From NCBI GenBank assembly GCA_050613775.1, contig JBODTK010000145.1:310001-374000 (forward strand): DNA of 64,000 nucleotides, given 5' to 3'. Position 1 is the stretch's first letter. Each line of letters begins with the position of its first letter. Origin of the DNA: Neocallimastix sp. 'constans' (lineage: Eukaryota). Under the pieces are notes generated by a model. The model saw only the letters and a program-made list of their open reading frames with translations. It made no database searches and was not told where the DNA came from. Of the stretch, positions 37,425 through 51,807 are shown one piece after another. Position numbers and translations under genes: made by a program.

Positions 37425-38250
37425 TCAAATATTAGAATTTTTAATCTTTAACTTTTTTATTTTTAATTCTTAATATTAATTTAAAATAACGATAAATACT
37501 AAAAATAAAGAAAATAAATATAATTATAGCAGCTAATAAATATAAGTATCGTTGAAATAAAATCGCTATCTGAAGGTCTATTTGGCCCTGCACAATGACT
37601 ATATCCAAAATTTATTCCAACATTTTTTTGACCCACATTCTTTATTCCATTTACATGAATCACCTATTGCTTTACCACAATGTCTATATGAATGTCTACC
37701 AAAAAAAAGTGTATTACTATAAATATCAGTACAAAATTCACTTGGATCTTTATCATTAAATATACAATAACCGTCGATACATTTATTAGTTAAACATTGA
37801 GAATCTGAATTACATCTAAAAGAAATATAAATATCAGTATAACAATTTTCATTAATTTGACCGTTCGTCTGTCTATTGGTAAATGTACAGTTACTACTTC
37901 CTCTAACCACACCAGATGGACATTTATGTAATTGATTATAATTACAAGATTTTAGAATATATCTTTTTAGATTACCTTTTTCATCTGGAATTTCAACAAA
38001 CGGCTTTAAATAATCAATATCTACTTGAGTACAAAATCCATTTTTACAAAAATAACTATAATAAAAAGTATCTTTGATTCCCAAAATATCATTTTTTTTT
38101 TAAAACATTATTTTTATCATAAGTAGATATCAAACTTGAACTTTCATCATAATCAGTAATATTATCATAAGTATAAATTAAATAATAAGAATAAATAAAT
38201 TGAATATTTGTAATGATATAAAGAAAATGTATCAGTAATTTATTATACAT
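37425..38250 (-). pseudogene. Cys-rich secreted/membrane protein of unknown function, disrupted by at least two frameshifts
   Basis: Signal-like N-terminus from ATG 38250 (MYNKLLIHFLYIITNIQFIYS); shift in the A10 run at 38092-38101; Cys-rich core (CNSDSQCLTNKCIDGYC...CGKAIGDSC...ECGS); second shift near 37610 into GYSHCAGPNRPSDSD plus a hydrophobic tail. Confidence 0.6.
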
Positions 38251-38959
38251 TTTTTAATATGTATAATAATTTTTGAAATTAATTTTTTATAATAAATTTA
38301 TTTTAAAAATCATTTAATTTTCTTTTATTAATAAATTTAATATATTTTTTTTTTTTAATATATAAACCATTATTTAAAAAATATATTTTAAAAGAATTTA
38401 ATTATATACAATATACTATATAAATTTATTGTAAAAATTTGAAAATAAAATATAATTTTTTATTTGGTTTTATTCTAGGTCAGTATAGAAATTATGTGAG
38501 TTGTGAAATTAATAAGAATTTTAATTTAAAAATACTTTATTAAACACTTTATTATTTTAAAATATAATAAATAATTATAATAAAAAAAGGTTTCTTCATT
38601 CCTCCATAAAATCAATTAGAAAAACTTTTTAAAACTATTTGAAAACATTTTGAATTATTAAAATTTTAAAAAAAAGTTTAATTGAGTTTTATCATTAAAT
38701 AGATTATCAAATATTATAAAATAATAATTCTACAAAAATCAATTCTTTATTAGTTTGAAAATATTTATTATTTTATAAGATAATTTAATAAATATAGTAT
38801 TATATAATGTTATATAATATTATTTTAAAAATTATATTTATAAAATTTTAAAAATATTAATAAAATAGATAAATTCTTTATTAGATATAAATTTTATAAA
38901 TGAATTCATTATTAAAATAAAAAAATAGAAATTTTTATTTAAATAAATTAAGCATAATG

Positions 38960-39005
<46 letters not shown>

Positions 39006-39099
39006 TATCATTATTTACATTTTATAAAAATGATTTTTACTTTTGTATGAATTTAAAAAAAAAATAAATAAATAAATATTAAGGTATAAATATTTAACA

Positions 39100-40458
39100 A
39101 TGAGAAATCTTTTTTTTTTTTTTTTATTGATTTTATTATTGGCGTTATAGTATTATTAGTTAATGTTAATGCTTCCAATAGCAAAATATTTGCTAATTAT
39201 GTTGATACTAATTGGATGAGTAATATTAAAAATAACACAAAAATTAATCAAACAAATATTCCAGGTACATATGATAGTGAAACTTATAATATTAATAAAG
39301 CAACAGGGGTTAACGGTCAAACATTTTTATCAAGTATGTTATCTGATGAACTTAAAAAGGTACGATGGGCCAAACTCAAACTTTAGATATTTTAGGACAA
39401 TTAGAAAGTGGAATTAGGTATTTAGATATTAGATTAGGGTATAATCCAAAAAAATAAAAAAAAAAAAAAAAAGTGAGCAATTTTATATTACACATAATAT
39501 ATTAAACTGTATTGATGATGTTAGTTTATGTTCAGATAAAAAGGAATATAGTGGTTCTTTCATTTATTAATGTTAATTAATTTTTGTGATAAATTTTTAA
39601 TGAAGCATAATATAGAGACAATTATTATGCACTTTAAGCTAGAAGATACCGCCAAAAATCTTAAAAATTAAAGAAGTTACTAATTTAATTAATGATGTCT
39701 TTGACTCATATGGAGATAGAATATATGATTTACTCTATTTTACCGAAGATTCCGATGAAAAAATTTGAAAACAAGAATATGCCAACCCTTGGTGAAGTAA
39801 GAGGTAAAATAGTTATTTTTTCAAGATCACACAGCTCCAAATGAATGGTTTATATTAGATTTTCCAACTCCAGATGTTATACGTTCTGTTTATCAATCAA
39901 ATTTCGATTTATGTCAAAATGATTATAAAGATGAATCGTCTATTAGAGATGAACTTAGAAAAAGAGAACAAGGTATTGATATTGATACATATATTCAAAA
40001 TATAATTAGAACAAATAATTTTTATGAAGTTGTGAAAAAGGGAATTGATTGTGCTAGTGATCTTGTTGATTGTGCTGAAGAAGCGGTTGATTGAGTTGAA
40101 GAAAAAATAGAAAATGCCACAGATTGGGGTTGAAGAAAAAATAGAAGATGGTGTTCATCTAATTAAAGACTTTTTTGGATTAAAACGAAGAGATATCAAT
40201 GAAGGTAATGATGTAAAAATATGTCTTCAACGAAAAATAATAACTGATGATAATGGTAATAAAGATGATATTGTTAAAACTAATAATAAATGTGTTGAAA
40301 ATAATTTAAACAAATGGCTCATTATACCAAGTAACGATGGAAAATTCTTTTTAATTATTTCAGTATATGACGGTAAATGTTTAAACTATTCTGATGACAG
40401 ATTATCTATGCAAAAGTGTAATAAAAATAACAAATATAAAGATTTCATTATTGTATAG
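39100..40458 (+). pseudogene. PI-PLC X-domain phosphodiesterase with C-terminal ricin-B-like lectin segment, pseudogene
   Basis: Fragments NWMSNIK...NIPGTYDS (catalytic His replaced by Tyr), AQTQ..ILGQLESGIRYLDIRL, ETIIMHFK, PTLGEVRGKIVIFSR. C-terminal KWLI...IISVYDGKCL...C. Multiple stops and frameshifts. Confidence 0.8.
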
Positions 40459-40618
40459 AAATAATTCAAACTAAATATAAATTGTATAGAAATAATTCAA
40501 ACCAAATATGAATTGAATTTTTTTTTCCTCCTTTTAACAAAAGATAATTTTCCTTATGCACAAATTGGAAAAAAAAAAATACAAATTACATCTTTTTCTC
40601 CTCAACCTTCAAGTCTAG

Positions 40619-40674
<56 letters not shown>

Positions 40675-41557
40675 ATAAAAATATAGATATTTCAATTTTA
40701 TATCATCACTACATGTATTAATTAAATTGAATAATAATTTTAAAAAAAAGTAATTATTATTTCATTTAATAGTATTTTTTTTTTTTTAAAAAAAAAAAAA
40801 AATAAAATATATATGAATAAATATATATATATATAATTTTTTTTTCGAAATGATATAATATATAATATATATAATATATATAAAGAAAAGATTATTTTAT
40901 TTATTTTGAAAAAGAATCAAACAAACGTATAAACCTATTTCAAAATAAAAATAAAAATAAAAATAAAAATAAAAATAAAAATAAAAAAATAAAAAAATAA
41001 AAAAAAAAAAAGATAAAATAAAATAAAATAAGAATAAATATAAAAAAAATTAAATAGAAATATTTATTATAATATTTTTACATACATTTTATTTATTTTA
41101 TTTTATTTAATTTTTCATAAGTTAAATAAATAAATCTAAATATAAATTATAATCTTAATAAATAGAAATTGATAAAAATGTAAATGAAATCATAAATATA
41201 TTCAATTAAGTGAACATGAATTATTTAAAAAAAAAAAAAAATTTGAAAAAGTTTAGAACGATACCAATTAAGATATTTTATTTAAAAAGTATAAATGGCC
41301 AAAAGTGTATTGAAGATAAAACAAAAAGTTTATTAAATCTATTATATCAAATAAAAATTAACATACTGCAAATAGACAGAGTAGAATATTATAATGTTGA
41401 ATTATATAGGACAAAATATTAATCAGAAAATGAAAGAAATTACAATAGTCGGTATTCATACAAAAGATAAAAAAAAAACAAAAAAGATTATTTGATAGAA
41501 ATGCAGGTACTAAAAGATAAAAGTATGCTAATTGAATATCATAATTCAAAAATATTC

Positions 41558-41588
<31 letters not shown>

Positions 41589-41668
41589 GAAAAAGGAAAA
41601 CATATAAATACTAATTGAAAAAAAGTATATTCAATTAATATTTTTATGTCTTATTTATTTTCATCCGG

Positions 41669-41714
<46 letters not shown>

Positions 41715-41934
41715 TACAAAAAAAAATTTTTTTTCATATTTTATACATAAACCAAAGTGATATTAAAAACTCTGTGTGTCTCAATCAATATTATATTTTA
41801 TGTAGAATTACTTTTTTTTTTTTTAGACTTAGAGAATAACTTTATTTAATTTATAATAATAATAAAATTACATGATTTTGAAGAAAAATAAAAATAATAA
41901 AATACATAAAATAAAATATTATATATTATTATAA

Positions 41935-44165
41935 TTATAAAAGTGCGTTAGAAGCAATAGCCTCTAACTTCTCCCACTCCTCGATAATAACACCAAGTCC
42001 ATTATTAGGAGTAATAATATCAGTATTAGTGTTATCAATCGAATCTGTATCTGGAGGTGAAAATCCATGCCTTATCATTTCAACGTCGACGCTCTCGGCA
42101 ACGGCAGATTCAATGGAATACCATTTCATCATTAATCTAAAAGATCGACAAATTAATGGTATTACGTTTGTCAAAAACTCCGCAATCCCTACAAAATACG
42201 GAACAATCGACGAAGTTGAACTTTGTTTAAAAATATTGTCAACTAATTGTCTTTGTTCCCCATCGTTAACTTTAATTTTTGAATATATTGAACGCCCACC
42301 AAGAAGTGCACTCAATATATAATAATAAATATTATTATCATAATCCTTTTCTGAATCTAAAGAAACATCCAAGGATTCTTGTTTCAATTATCATTGCAAA
42401 CTTCAAAAAGAGATCATCTGGAAATGGTAAAGATTTATTTCTGTAATTTTCCAATTCTTTACAGGCAAAGATCCAGTGAGAAAAGCTAGATACACTAATA
42501 CCACAACATGGGCAGCATTTAGGGCAATCTTCTGAGACTATTTTTTTCTTTTAATGGAAATACTAATGTCAAATTTAAAACCACACCTAATTCGAGAAAT
42601 TCAAAAGAATCCCAATTGATACTTAGGATATTAAAATGTTAAGTTTCTGATTTCTGAAATAAATCCAAAATCATTCTTCTTGTAAATAATTAATTGCTTT
42701 TTTTTTTTTTTTTTTTTAGCTTTTGAGGGTTTGAAGACATTCTCTTTCCCAATAAAACTTTTTTAATTTCACTTGTTTTCTTACCATTTAATTTCTTATC
42801 CAAAGTCCTTGATTCTTTAATCCATGAGTAATGTGACATAGTAGGAATATTATGAGTGAGATGATTAATAATACATGATGTGTTTTTTTTTTCCATTTTC
42901 TAATGCAGCGTAATTGAGATATAGCACAGACAGCTGAAAGAGGAGGTATTCTCAATTCACAAGTAATAATCACGGAGAATAACATAAGAATGACGAGATT
43001 TAAATCCATAACTCCGATGAAGTCCTCTATTAATAATTTTTTTGAGCTTTAGTGCATCTGCTCTTATTTGAACCGAAGAGAGGCGCATAATATATAACAA
43101 GGCTATGAATAAACGAAATTAAAACATATTTCTTCAATGGGAGAGGAACAGATTTATTAATAAGAAATCGAAAGTACAAATTTAACTTGACATTTAAATT
43201 ACTGTTTAATTTGGATTGTATAGGTTTCAGCGATAAAGATTCATCAAAAGGAATACCAAGATAGGTATAGTTGTCAGTTTTAGGTAATTTTTTACTACCA
43301 ATAAAGAAAGATGGATCTTCATAGTTTATCGGTTTAACAAAGTTAATCGGTTTTACAACAAGAGTAGCACACTTATTAATTCCAAAAGTCATTTCATTTT
43401 TAATAGCATATTCATGAACTTTATTCAAAATTTTCTTAAGAGCTTGTTTAGATGGAGAAACTAAAACAATATCATCCGCAAAAAGTCCACCACAACAATA
43501 TTGAGAATCTAAATATACACCATACTTATCACAATTATCCAGTACATCATTAATGAACAAATTGAATAAAATAGGAGATAGAGGGCATCCTTGTCTAACA
43601 CCCCGATTAATCGAAAATTCTTCTGAAAGATTACCATTAAAAAAAGCACGAGCTTTAGAAGATAGATAAAGATTCTTTAAAAACAGATGACATTTATCTC
43701 TAATTCCTAAGTTATATAATTTGGTCAAAATATTAAAGATAGGAACTGAATCATAGGCTTTTTTAAGATCGAGAAAAGTAAGATAAGTAAAATTTCCTTG
43801 AAATTTTCTTCTTTAACATATCTCTCTAATTGAAATATATAAACTTATGCATTCTTCTTTATTTCTAAATCCAAATTGTTCAGGTCTAACAAATTTATGT
43901 TCAAGGGCATATTTAGCAATTCTATTAGTAACAATCTTTGAAATAATTTTTAAGCCAACATTAATAAGAGAAATACCACGATAATTATTACAATCCGAAA
44001 GATCTCCTTTTTTTGGAATTAATATTATAGAAGCCGAATTCCACTCTTCAGGGAAGTCACCATCCCAGATTTTGTTAAATAATAAAAGTAAACATTTAGC
44101 ACACTTAGAGTAGTGATCATCTGAAGAATCATCTTGATTATCGGATAAATCAGATTTACTTCTGA
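41935..44165 (-). mobile_element. 5'-truncated, decayed non-LTR retrotransposon (LINE) ORF2: RT domain and C-terminal CCHC finger
   Basis: IPKKGDLSDCNNYRGISL, QFGFR, FLDLKKAYDSVP, GVRQGCPLSPILFNLFIND, LFADD, YTYLG; CPCCG...HWIFAC near 42520-42460. In-frame stop at ~43815 and several frameshifts. Confidence 0.92.
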
Positions 44166-44287
44166 AGTATAATAATTAATTTTGATTTCGCAATGTTAAT
44201 CCTAATTTTAAGAAACAATATTATGATCTTCATTGGTTGCGCTAGCCCTGCTGGCCTGTCTTACTGTTTCTTCAGAATTGACGCACG

Positions 44288-44400
44288 AATTTAACTTGAC
44301 GTTTAAATTAAAAGATTCATCAAAAGGAATACCAAGATAAGTATAGTTGTCAGTTTTAGGTAATTTATTACTACCAATAAAGAAAGATGGATCTTCATAA
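44288..44400 (-). mobile_element. Second, internally deleted fragment of the same LINE family
   Basis: Near-identical to 43178-43201 joined to 43234-43323. Confidence 0.75.
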
Positions 44401-44468
44401 TTCGTTATCCTTTTTAAAATCAGTAAAAGTTAATAGCGAAAATTTTTAAAAAAAAAGAAATAAAATAA

Positions 44469-44504
<36 letters not shown>

Positions 44505-45464
44505 TTAATACAAAAATCAACATTAAAACAAAAAACATATTATAAAATAAATATATAATATTTTATTTTTTACTTTCTTTTATTTTCTTTTATTTTTATT
44601 TTTTTTTATATAATATTTTTATATAATATTTTTATATAATATTTTTATATAATATTTTATATATTATATTTTATATATTTTAAAATTTATTAATTTTATT
44701 CATTTATTTTCTTTTTTTTTTAAAAAATTTTTCTTTTCTTTTTTTTTTTTTTAAGCATTATAAAAAAAAAAAAAAATTTTAAAAATAAAAAAATAGATAT
44801 ATATTTATATTTATATTATTTTTTTTTCATTTCTAATCCTTTTTTTTTTTTTTTCTTTTCTTATATATTTGTAAAGAAAAAAAAAAAAAAAAAGGAAATA
44901 AAAAATATATTAAAAATTAATAATAATAATATTTAATTATATTATAATATTTTTTTGAAAAAGTAAAATAAATAAAAAAGAAAAAATAAATCTGTGAAAA
45001 ATATAAAGAAAAAGAATAAAAAATTATATTAAAAAATAATAACTTAAAAATTAAAAAAAAATATATTTTCATCCTTCTATAAAGCTAAATGATGGGTTTT
45101 TTTATTTATTTTTTTTATATAAAATAATTAAAAGAAATTTAATATAATATATAGCATTAATAATTATAATATTGGTTTTATATATTATATAAAATATATA
45201 TTACATATATATTATATTAATTTTTTTCTTTTCTTTTCTTTTATTTTCTTAATATTCCCAAAACATTCTCTCTTTAATTTTTTCAATTTTCATTTTTATT
45301 ATTATTCATTTTATTTTTTACTTTCTTTTTTCTTTTTCTTTTTTTTTTTTTTCTGATTTATTTCAGAGTAATCATATTAATTATTTCTTTTTTTATATAT
45401 ATTATTATTATAATTTTGATTTGATGATTTATAATACTTTATATTATTTATTTAATTATGTAAT

Positions 45465-47291
45465 TTATTTACAGAGACCGTACTTTGGTTGACATCCACT
45501 TTTACAGTAGTCACTGGACTTACCACAGTAACCGTACTTACTGCAGCAGTAACCCTTCTTGGCACAGGCACCATACTTTGGACCACATCTGCCAGAGACA
45601 GTAGAAATTGGAACCTTGGAAGTGGTAGAAGACTTCTTAGAGGAGGTCTTAGTAGCTTTCTTGGTAGAAGTCTTCTTGGTAGAAGTCTTCTTGGTGGAAG
45701 TCTTCTTGGTGGAAGACTTCTTGGTGGAAGACTTCTTGGTGGAAGACTTCTTGGTAGTGGTCTTCTTGGTGGAAGACTTCTTAGTGCTTGACTTTACAGC
45801 GTCACAAGCACCGAATTCACTTTGACATCCCTTACCACAGTAGTCACTGGACTTACCACAGTAACCGTACTTACTGCAGCAGTAACCCTTCTTGGCACAG
45901 GCACCGTACTTTGGACCACATCTGTCAGAAACAGTAGAAGTTGGAATCTTCCTAGAAGAAGTAACATTAACCTTCTTAGTGGTAGTAGTAGACTTCTTAG
46001 TAGTAGTCTTCTTAGTAGTCTTCTTAGTAGTAGTTTTCTTAGTAGAAGATTTCTTAGTAGTAGTCTTCTTAGTAGAAGACTTAGTTGTAGTCTTCTTGGT
46101 AGTAGTGCTCTTATCTTCATCACAAACACCAAATTCACTTTGACATCCCTTACCACAGTAATCCTTGGACTTACCACAGTAACCGTACTTACTGCAGCAG
46201 TAACCCTTCTTGGCACAGGCACCGTACTTTGGACCACATCTGCCAGAAACAGTAGAAGTTGGAATCTTCCTAGAAGAAGTAACATTAACCTTCTTAGTGG
46301 TAGTAGTAGACTTCTTAGTAGTAGACTTCTTAGTAGAAGACTTCTTAGTAGTAGTCTTCTTGGTAGAAGACTTCTTAGTAGTAGTTTTCTTGGTAGATGA
46401 CTTCTTAGTAGTGGTAGTAGTAGTAGTGGTAGTAGTAGTAGTGGTTGACTTCTTAGTAGTAGTGGTAGTAGTAGTAGTTGGCTTCTTAGAAGTAGTAGTG
46501 GTAGTGGTAGTAGTAGTAGTAGTAGTTGGTTTCTTAGAAGTAGTAGTAGTAGTGGTAGTAGTAGTAGTTGGCTTCTTAGAAGTAGTTGTGGTAGTGGTAG
46601 TAGTAGTAGTTGGCTTCTTAGAAGTAGTAGTAGTGGTAGTAGTAGTAGTAGTGGTAGTAGTAGTAGTAGTGGTAGTTGGCTTCTTAGAAGTAGTGGTAGT
46701 AGTAGTAGTAGTAGTTGGCTTCTTAGAAGTAGTAGTAGTAGTAGTGGTAGTGGTGGTAGTTGGCTTCTTAGAAGTAGTAGTAGTAGTAGTAGTGGTAGTG
46801 GTGGTAGTTGGCTTCTTAGAAGTGGTGGTAGTAGTAGTGGTAGTTGGCTTCTTAGAAGTGGTGGTAGTAGTAGTGGTAGTTGACTTCTTAGAAGTAGTGG
46901 TAGTAGTAGTGGTAGTAGACTTCTTTGAGGTAGAAGATTTCTTAGAAGTGGTGGTGGATTTCTTAGTAGTAGCGTAAGTACCACAATGACTTTCTACATC
47001 ACCTAAATATTGGTTAATTCTCTTTTCATAACTCTTAATTTTTTCAGCACCCATGGCCTTACAACTAGAAATGGAACCAATACCATCCTTAAATATTTTT
47101 TGACAATTATCATTCTTATATATTTGACAAACAATGGTATAATCAATATTATTCATATCAATGTTAAGTAAAGCTGATACTGGACAACCTTTGTATTCCA
47201 TAGCAAGACCACACATAATTTGATCAAAGTCAAGTGCCTTGACACTTAAGACTGATGCAAATAAAGTAACAAATAATGTAAAGAACTTCAT
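45465..47291 (-). CDS. Secreted chitin-binding protein: signal peptide, Cys-rich N-domain, Thr/Lys/Ser mucin-like stalk, three CBM18 (hevein) domains
   Basis: [19 protein letters not shown] signal; three [29 protein letters not shown]..(F/Y)G.C repeats. Confidence 0.93.
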   Translation of the reverse strand: MKFFTLFVTLFASVLSVKALDFDQIMCGLAMEYKGCPVSALLNIDMNNIDYTIVCQIYKNDNCQKIFKDGIGSISSCKAMGAEKIKSYEKRINQYLGDVESHCGTYATTKKSTTTSKKSSTSKKSTTTTTTTTSKKSTTTTTTTTSKKPTTTTTTTTSKKPTTTTTTTTTTTTSKKPTTTTTTTTTTTSKKPTTTTTTTTTSKKPTTTTTTTTTTTTTTTTTTSKKPTTTTTTTTTTSKKPTTTTTTTTTTSKKPTTTTTTTTTTTTSKKPTTTTTTTTKKSTTTTTTTTTTTTTKKSSTKKTTTKKSSTKKTTTKKSSTKKSTTKKSTTTTKKVNVTSSRKIPTSTVSGRCGPKYGACAKKGYCCSKYGYCGKSKDYCGKGCQSEFGVCDEDKSTTTKKTTTKSSTKKTTTKKSSTKKTTTKKTTKKTTTKKSTTTTKKVNVTSSRKIPTSTVSDRCGPKYGACAKKGYCCSKYGYCGKSSDYCGKGCQSEFGACDAVKSSTKKSSTKKTTTKKSSTKKSSTKKSSTKKTSTKKTSTKKTSTKKATKTSSKKSSTTSKVPISTVSGRCGPKYGACAKKGYCCSKYGYCGKSSDYCKSGCQPKYGLCK

Positions 47292-47658
47292 CTTAAATTA
47301 AATATTTTTTTTTGTAAAATATATTATTATTTTATCCGATAAATATATCTTAAATTTTTATTTTATAGCTTAGTATTATATAATAAATTATTATATAATT
47401 CTAATTGTCTATATTATTTTTTTTTTAATTTTTTATTTTTTTTTTTTATTATATTATTTTTTTTAAATTTATATAACTAATTATATAAAAAAACTAAAAA
47501 TAAAATAATTGCAGAAAAAAAAAATAAAGAAAAATTAATAGTATTTATATAAAATTTTATTTATATTTAATTATAACAATTATCTATATATGTATAAATA
47601 CTTTTTTTTTCTCTCTCTTTTATTTTTATTATTATTGTTATTGTTATTATTATTGTTG

Positions 47659-47691
<33 letters not shown>

Positions 47692-48639
47692 TATTATTAT
47701 TAATTAATAATAATATATATATAATTCATAGTATTAATATTAAGCAATAAATTTATATATTATAATATATGTATAGTAATATATGTCAAGAGAATAATAG
47801 CCATAATACATTAATTCATTAATATAAAAAATGGAGAATGAATTAAATATATATAAATTAATATTTTCTTCGTAATATAGTAGAATATATAAATGAACTA
47901 TTAATATTTATATATTATATATAAAAATATTTATTAAATTTATTTAATTACATATTTAACTATTTATTTATTTAATATTTATTTATTTATATATTTATTA
48001 TTTATTTATTTAATATTTATTTATTTATTTATTATTTATTTATTTTTATTTATTTATTTTCGAAACTTTTTTTATATATTATTCTGTATAATTTAATTAT
48101 AATATAAATTTTATCTCCAAACAAAAAATGTAAATTTCATATATTAGTTAAGTATTGTAAAAATTTTTAATTTCTTAAAGTTAAAAAAAATTAAATTATA
48201 TTATTGTTTTAGGTTTTATTAATTAGTTATTAATTAATAATAACAAAAAAAATATGAAGGTTACACACATAGAAAGAATAAAAATTATTTAGTTTGTTCA
48301 TTTATTTATCTATTTAAAATAAATAAATGGATAGCTAGATAATTTAATTTATTTTGTATATTATTAGGAATTAAAGATAAAATAAAGAAAAAAGTTTGAA
48401 CACAAACAAATATATAAATTAACAATCTCTATTGTACTTATATTAAATTGTATTAGAGTAATCCATCAGTATATATTAAATAGTATTTAAATAATTATAA
48501 ATTTTAATGGTTAATAATTTCTTTTTTTACTATCCATAAACTTTTAGATACATTTTTTTTTTTAATATATTAGACATAATTTTGTAAAAAAAAAAAAAAA
48601 AAATTTATTAATTCAAATTATTTTAATTAAAAAAAAAGT

Positions 48640-48945
48640 AAATAATTGAATAATAAATAATAAATAATAAATAATAAATAGTTGAATAATAAATAATAAA
48701 TAAGAAATAAGAAATAAGAAATAAGAAATAAGAAATAATAAATAATAAATAATTGAATAATAAATAATTGAATAATAAATAATTGAATAATAAATAATTG
48801 AATAATAAATAAGAAATAAGAAATAAGAAATAAGAAATAAGAAATAATAAATAATAAATAATTGAATAATAAATAATTGAATAATAAATAATAAAAAAAG
48901 AGTATTGATTAATAAATAATAAATAATGAAATAATAAATATTATA
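48640..48945. repeat. Compound (AATAAAT/AATAAGA)n satellite related to 18820-19420
   Basis: 7-nt periodicity with the same AATTGAAT and AAAAGAGTATTGATTAATAAAT variant units. Confidence 0.8.
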
Positions 48946-50828
48946 CAATATTCCATAATTAATTAATTAATTAATTATTATTATTATAATAAATTACACA
49001 AATACAATTTAAAATAAAATATATAATACTGTAATTTACAATATTAAAATACTTCACAAAATATAAATATATAAATTAGTATAAAATATATAAATATAAA
49101 TATATAAATTAATATAAAATAAATACAAAATATATATATATAAAATAAATAAATATAAAATTTATATATAAAATGTATATAAAGATATATTTATTAATAT
49201 GTATATATTTACATATTAATAAATATAAAATAAATTAGATAATTAATAAAGAATTAATATATCTAAATGTTCATCTTTTTTTTTCTTTTTTTCTTTTTTT
49301 CTTTTTTCGTCTTTTTTTTTTTTTTGTATTTCGAATTTTGAACATTAATATTCAGTTATTTATTTATTTATTATTCAATTATTTATTTATTATTCAATTA
49401 TTTATTTATTTATATAAATCAATTGTTTATTTATTTATTTAATTTATTTAATTTTTATTTATTTATTATACAATTATATATTATTCAATTATTTATTTAT
49501 TTATTTATTATTTATTTATTATTTATTTAATATAATTGTTGTTGGTATTTGTAATTTATATTTATTTACTAAATAAATAAAAGTTAAATATATTAATAAT
49601 GATTGTTGGAATTGTTTTTTTTTTATTTTTAGTGAATTAAAAACATGAAATGCATGCTTCTATAGAATGAGTAATGTTTATAGGGATTAAAAATAAATAA
49701 ATAAATAAAATAAAAGATTTAAAAAAAAAAAATTTCTTTATTATTTTCTATTATAAGACAAAGAAGAAAATATTAAAATTCATACATTCATTTTATTAAT
49801 TCAAAAATAAATAAATATATAAATATAAAATAAATAAATATATAAATTCAAGTTGATTAATATAAAACAAATATGTTAAGTAAACATATTTGTATATTTG
49901 AATATTTGTATATTCAGTTATTACAATAATTTATATTATTATATATTTTATATTATTATTTATATTTTATATTATTTATATTTTATATTATTTATATTTT
50001 ATATTATTTATATTCCTTATATATATTTCTTAAATATTAAATTATACTTCTCATTTTAAATTATTAAAGTTTATAATTATTAAAGTATATATAATTAATA
50101 TAATAGTTTATATTATATATTATTATATATTTTTCATATTAAAATATTATTATTTATTTATATATATATTATATTTATATATATATTTATAATTATATAT
50201 TATTAATACTTTACAGTATAATTAATATTAATTAGTAGAAATAATATTGTTAATTATAAAAATAAATAAAATATTAATAAAAATTATTAATAACTCAAAT
50301 ACACTTATTAAACCAACTACAACATAAAGAATATCACATTATGATTAAGGTAACGTGATCATACCACCAAGTGGAAAATTTTTATAGAAATAATAAAAAA
50401 TAATAATAAATAATAAAAAATAATAATAAATAATAATAAATTATAATAAATAATAAATAATTAATAGCAATAACAAATAATAAAGAATATATTATAATGA
50501 ATAACAAGTAATAATTATAATAAATAATAAAAATAATTTAATAATAAATAATAAATAATAAAAAAATAATAATAAATAATAATAAATAATAAAAAAATAA
50601 TAATAAATAATAATAAATAATAAATAATTGAATAATCGAAATTAATAAAATATGAATAAATTTACCAATTAATAAATTTATATTTATATTTTTAATTCTT
50701 AATAATGTTTAATACTTGATTTTTGTATAATATAAATTTTTTTTTTTTTTTTTACAGCCGCTATAATTACAAACTTTAAACTTTATTTACTTATTCAATT
50801 AGTAATGACATGAATATTTTGTATATTA

Positions 50829-50874
<46 letters not shown>

Positions 50875-51807
50875 ACGGAATTAATAAAAAAAAAAAAAAA
50901 TTAAATATTATTTGTCCAGTTGAAACATACTAATATTTTTTAAATAGTAATGTGAAATAATAAAAAGTAATCTATTTAAAATAAAGTGTATAAATTAATT
51001 CAGAAAAAAAAAGTTCATAGGTAAACGAAACCTCCTCCCCCTCCCAAGATTATTAAGACGTCGGGTTTAAAAGGGAAATTCATAATTCCAGATTAGGGTT
51101 TGAATTGACTATCTGAAAAGAAAGAAATGATGGTTCTCTTCTTCAAGAAGGCATTAAGTTAAAAAGAATTTTGGATTTAATCATACTATTTATAAAATAT
51201 TTTTAAATAAATGTTTAATATTTTCTTTATTTAAATAATTTTTGATTCATAATAATATTTATCTTTTATAAATTAATATAATAAAATTTTTCTAAATTTC
51301 ATTTTTATTTTTATTATTATTTTTATTTTTATATACTTTTTTTTTTTTTATTAAGATATTTATAAATACTTTTATATTAATATATATATATTTTTTTGTT
51401 TGTATAATGAATTAACTTTAATAATTAATTATACATATATATACATTATTTATAAATATATAAATAGGTATATACAAATATTAATATTTTTATTTTATTT
51501 TTTTTTTTAGTATGAACTTTATAAAGTTTTATATATATATAATGATCTTAATTTAAATTATGAATTGTCTTTTTTTTTTTTTTTTTTTTATTTTTTAAAT
51601 TTCTTTAATATATATATTTTCTTTCTATTATAAATATATAATATATCATTAATTATTATATTCTTGATTGTAACTTTTTTTTTTTTTTTTCTAATTTTTT
51701 TAAGCTTTTTAAATATATATTTTCTTCTTATTTTTATTTCTATTTTTTTTTTTTTTTTTTTTATAAATTATTTCAAGATTTTTTTAAAAAAAAAAGAAAA
51801 AAAAATT

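Noticed and set aside
45489..46984. Long alternative-frame and antisense ORFs (Leu/Val-rich) over the first CBM18 gene, likewise 51664-53614 over the second
   Set aside because: Shadow ORFs caused by ACT/ACC/AAG codon repeats lacking stops in other frames.
51020..51180. Small GC-richer island
   Set aside because: No recognisable RNA or protein motif; probably a repeat fragment.
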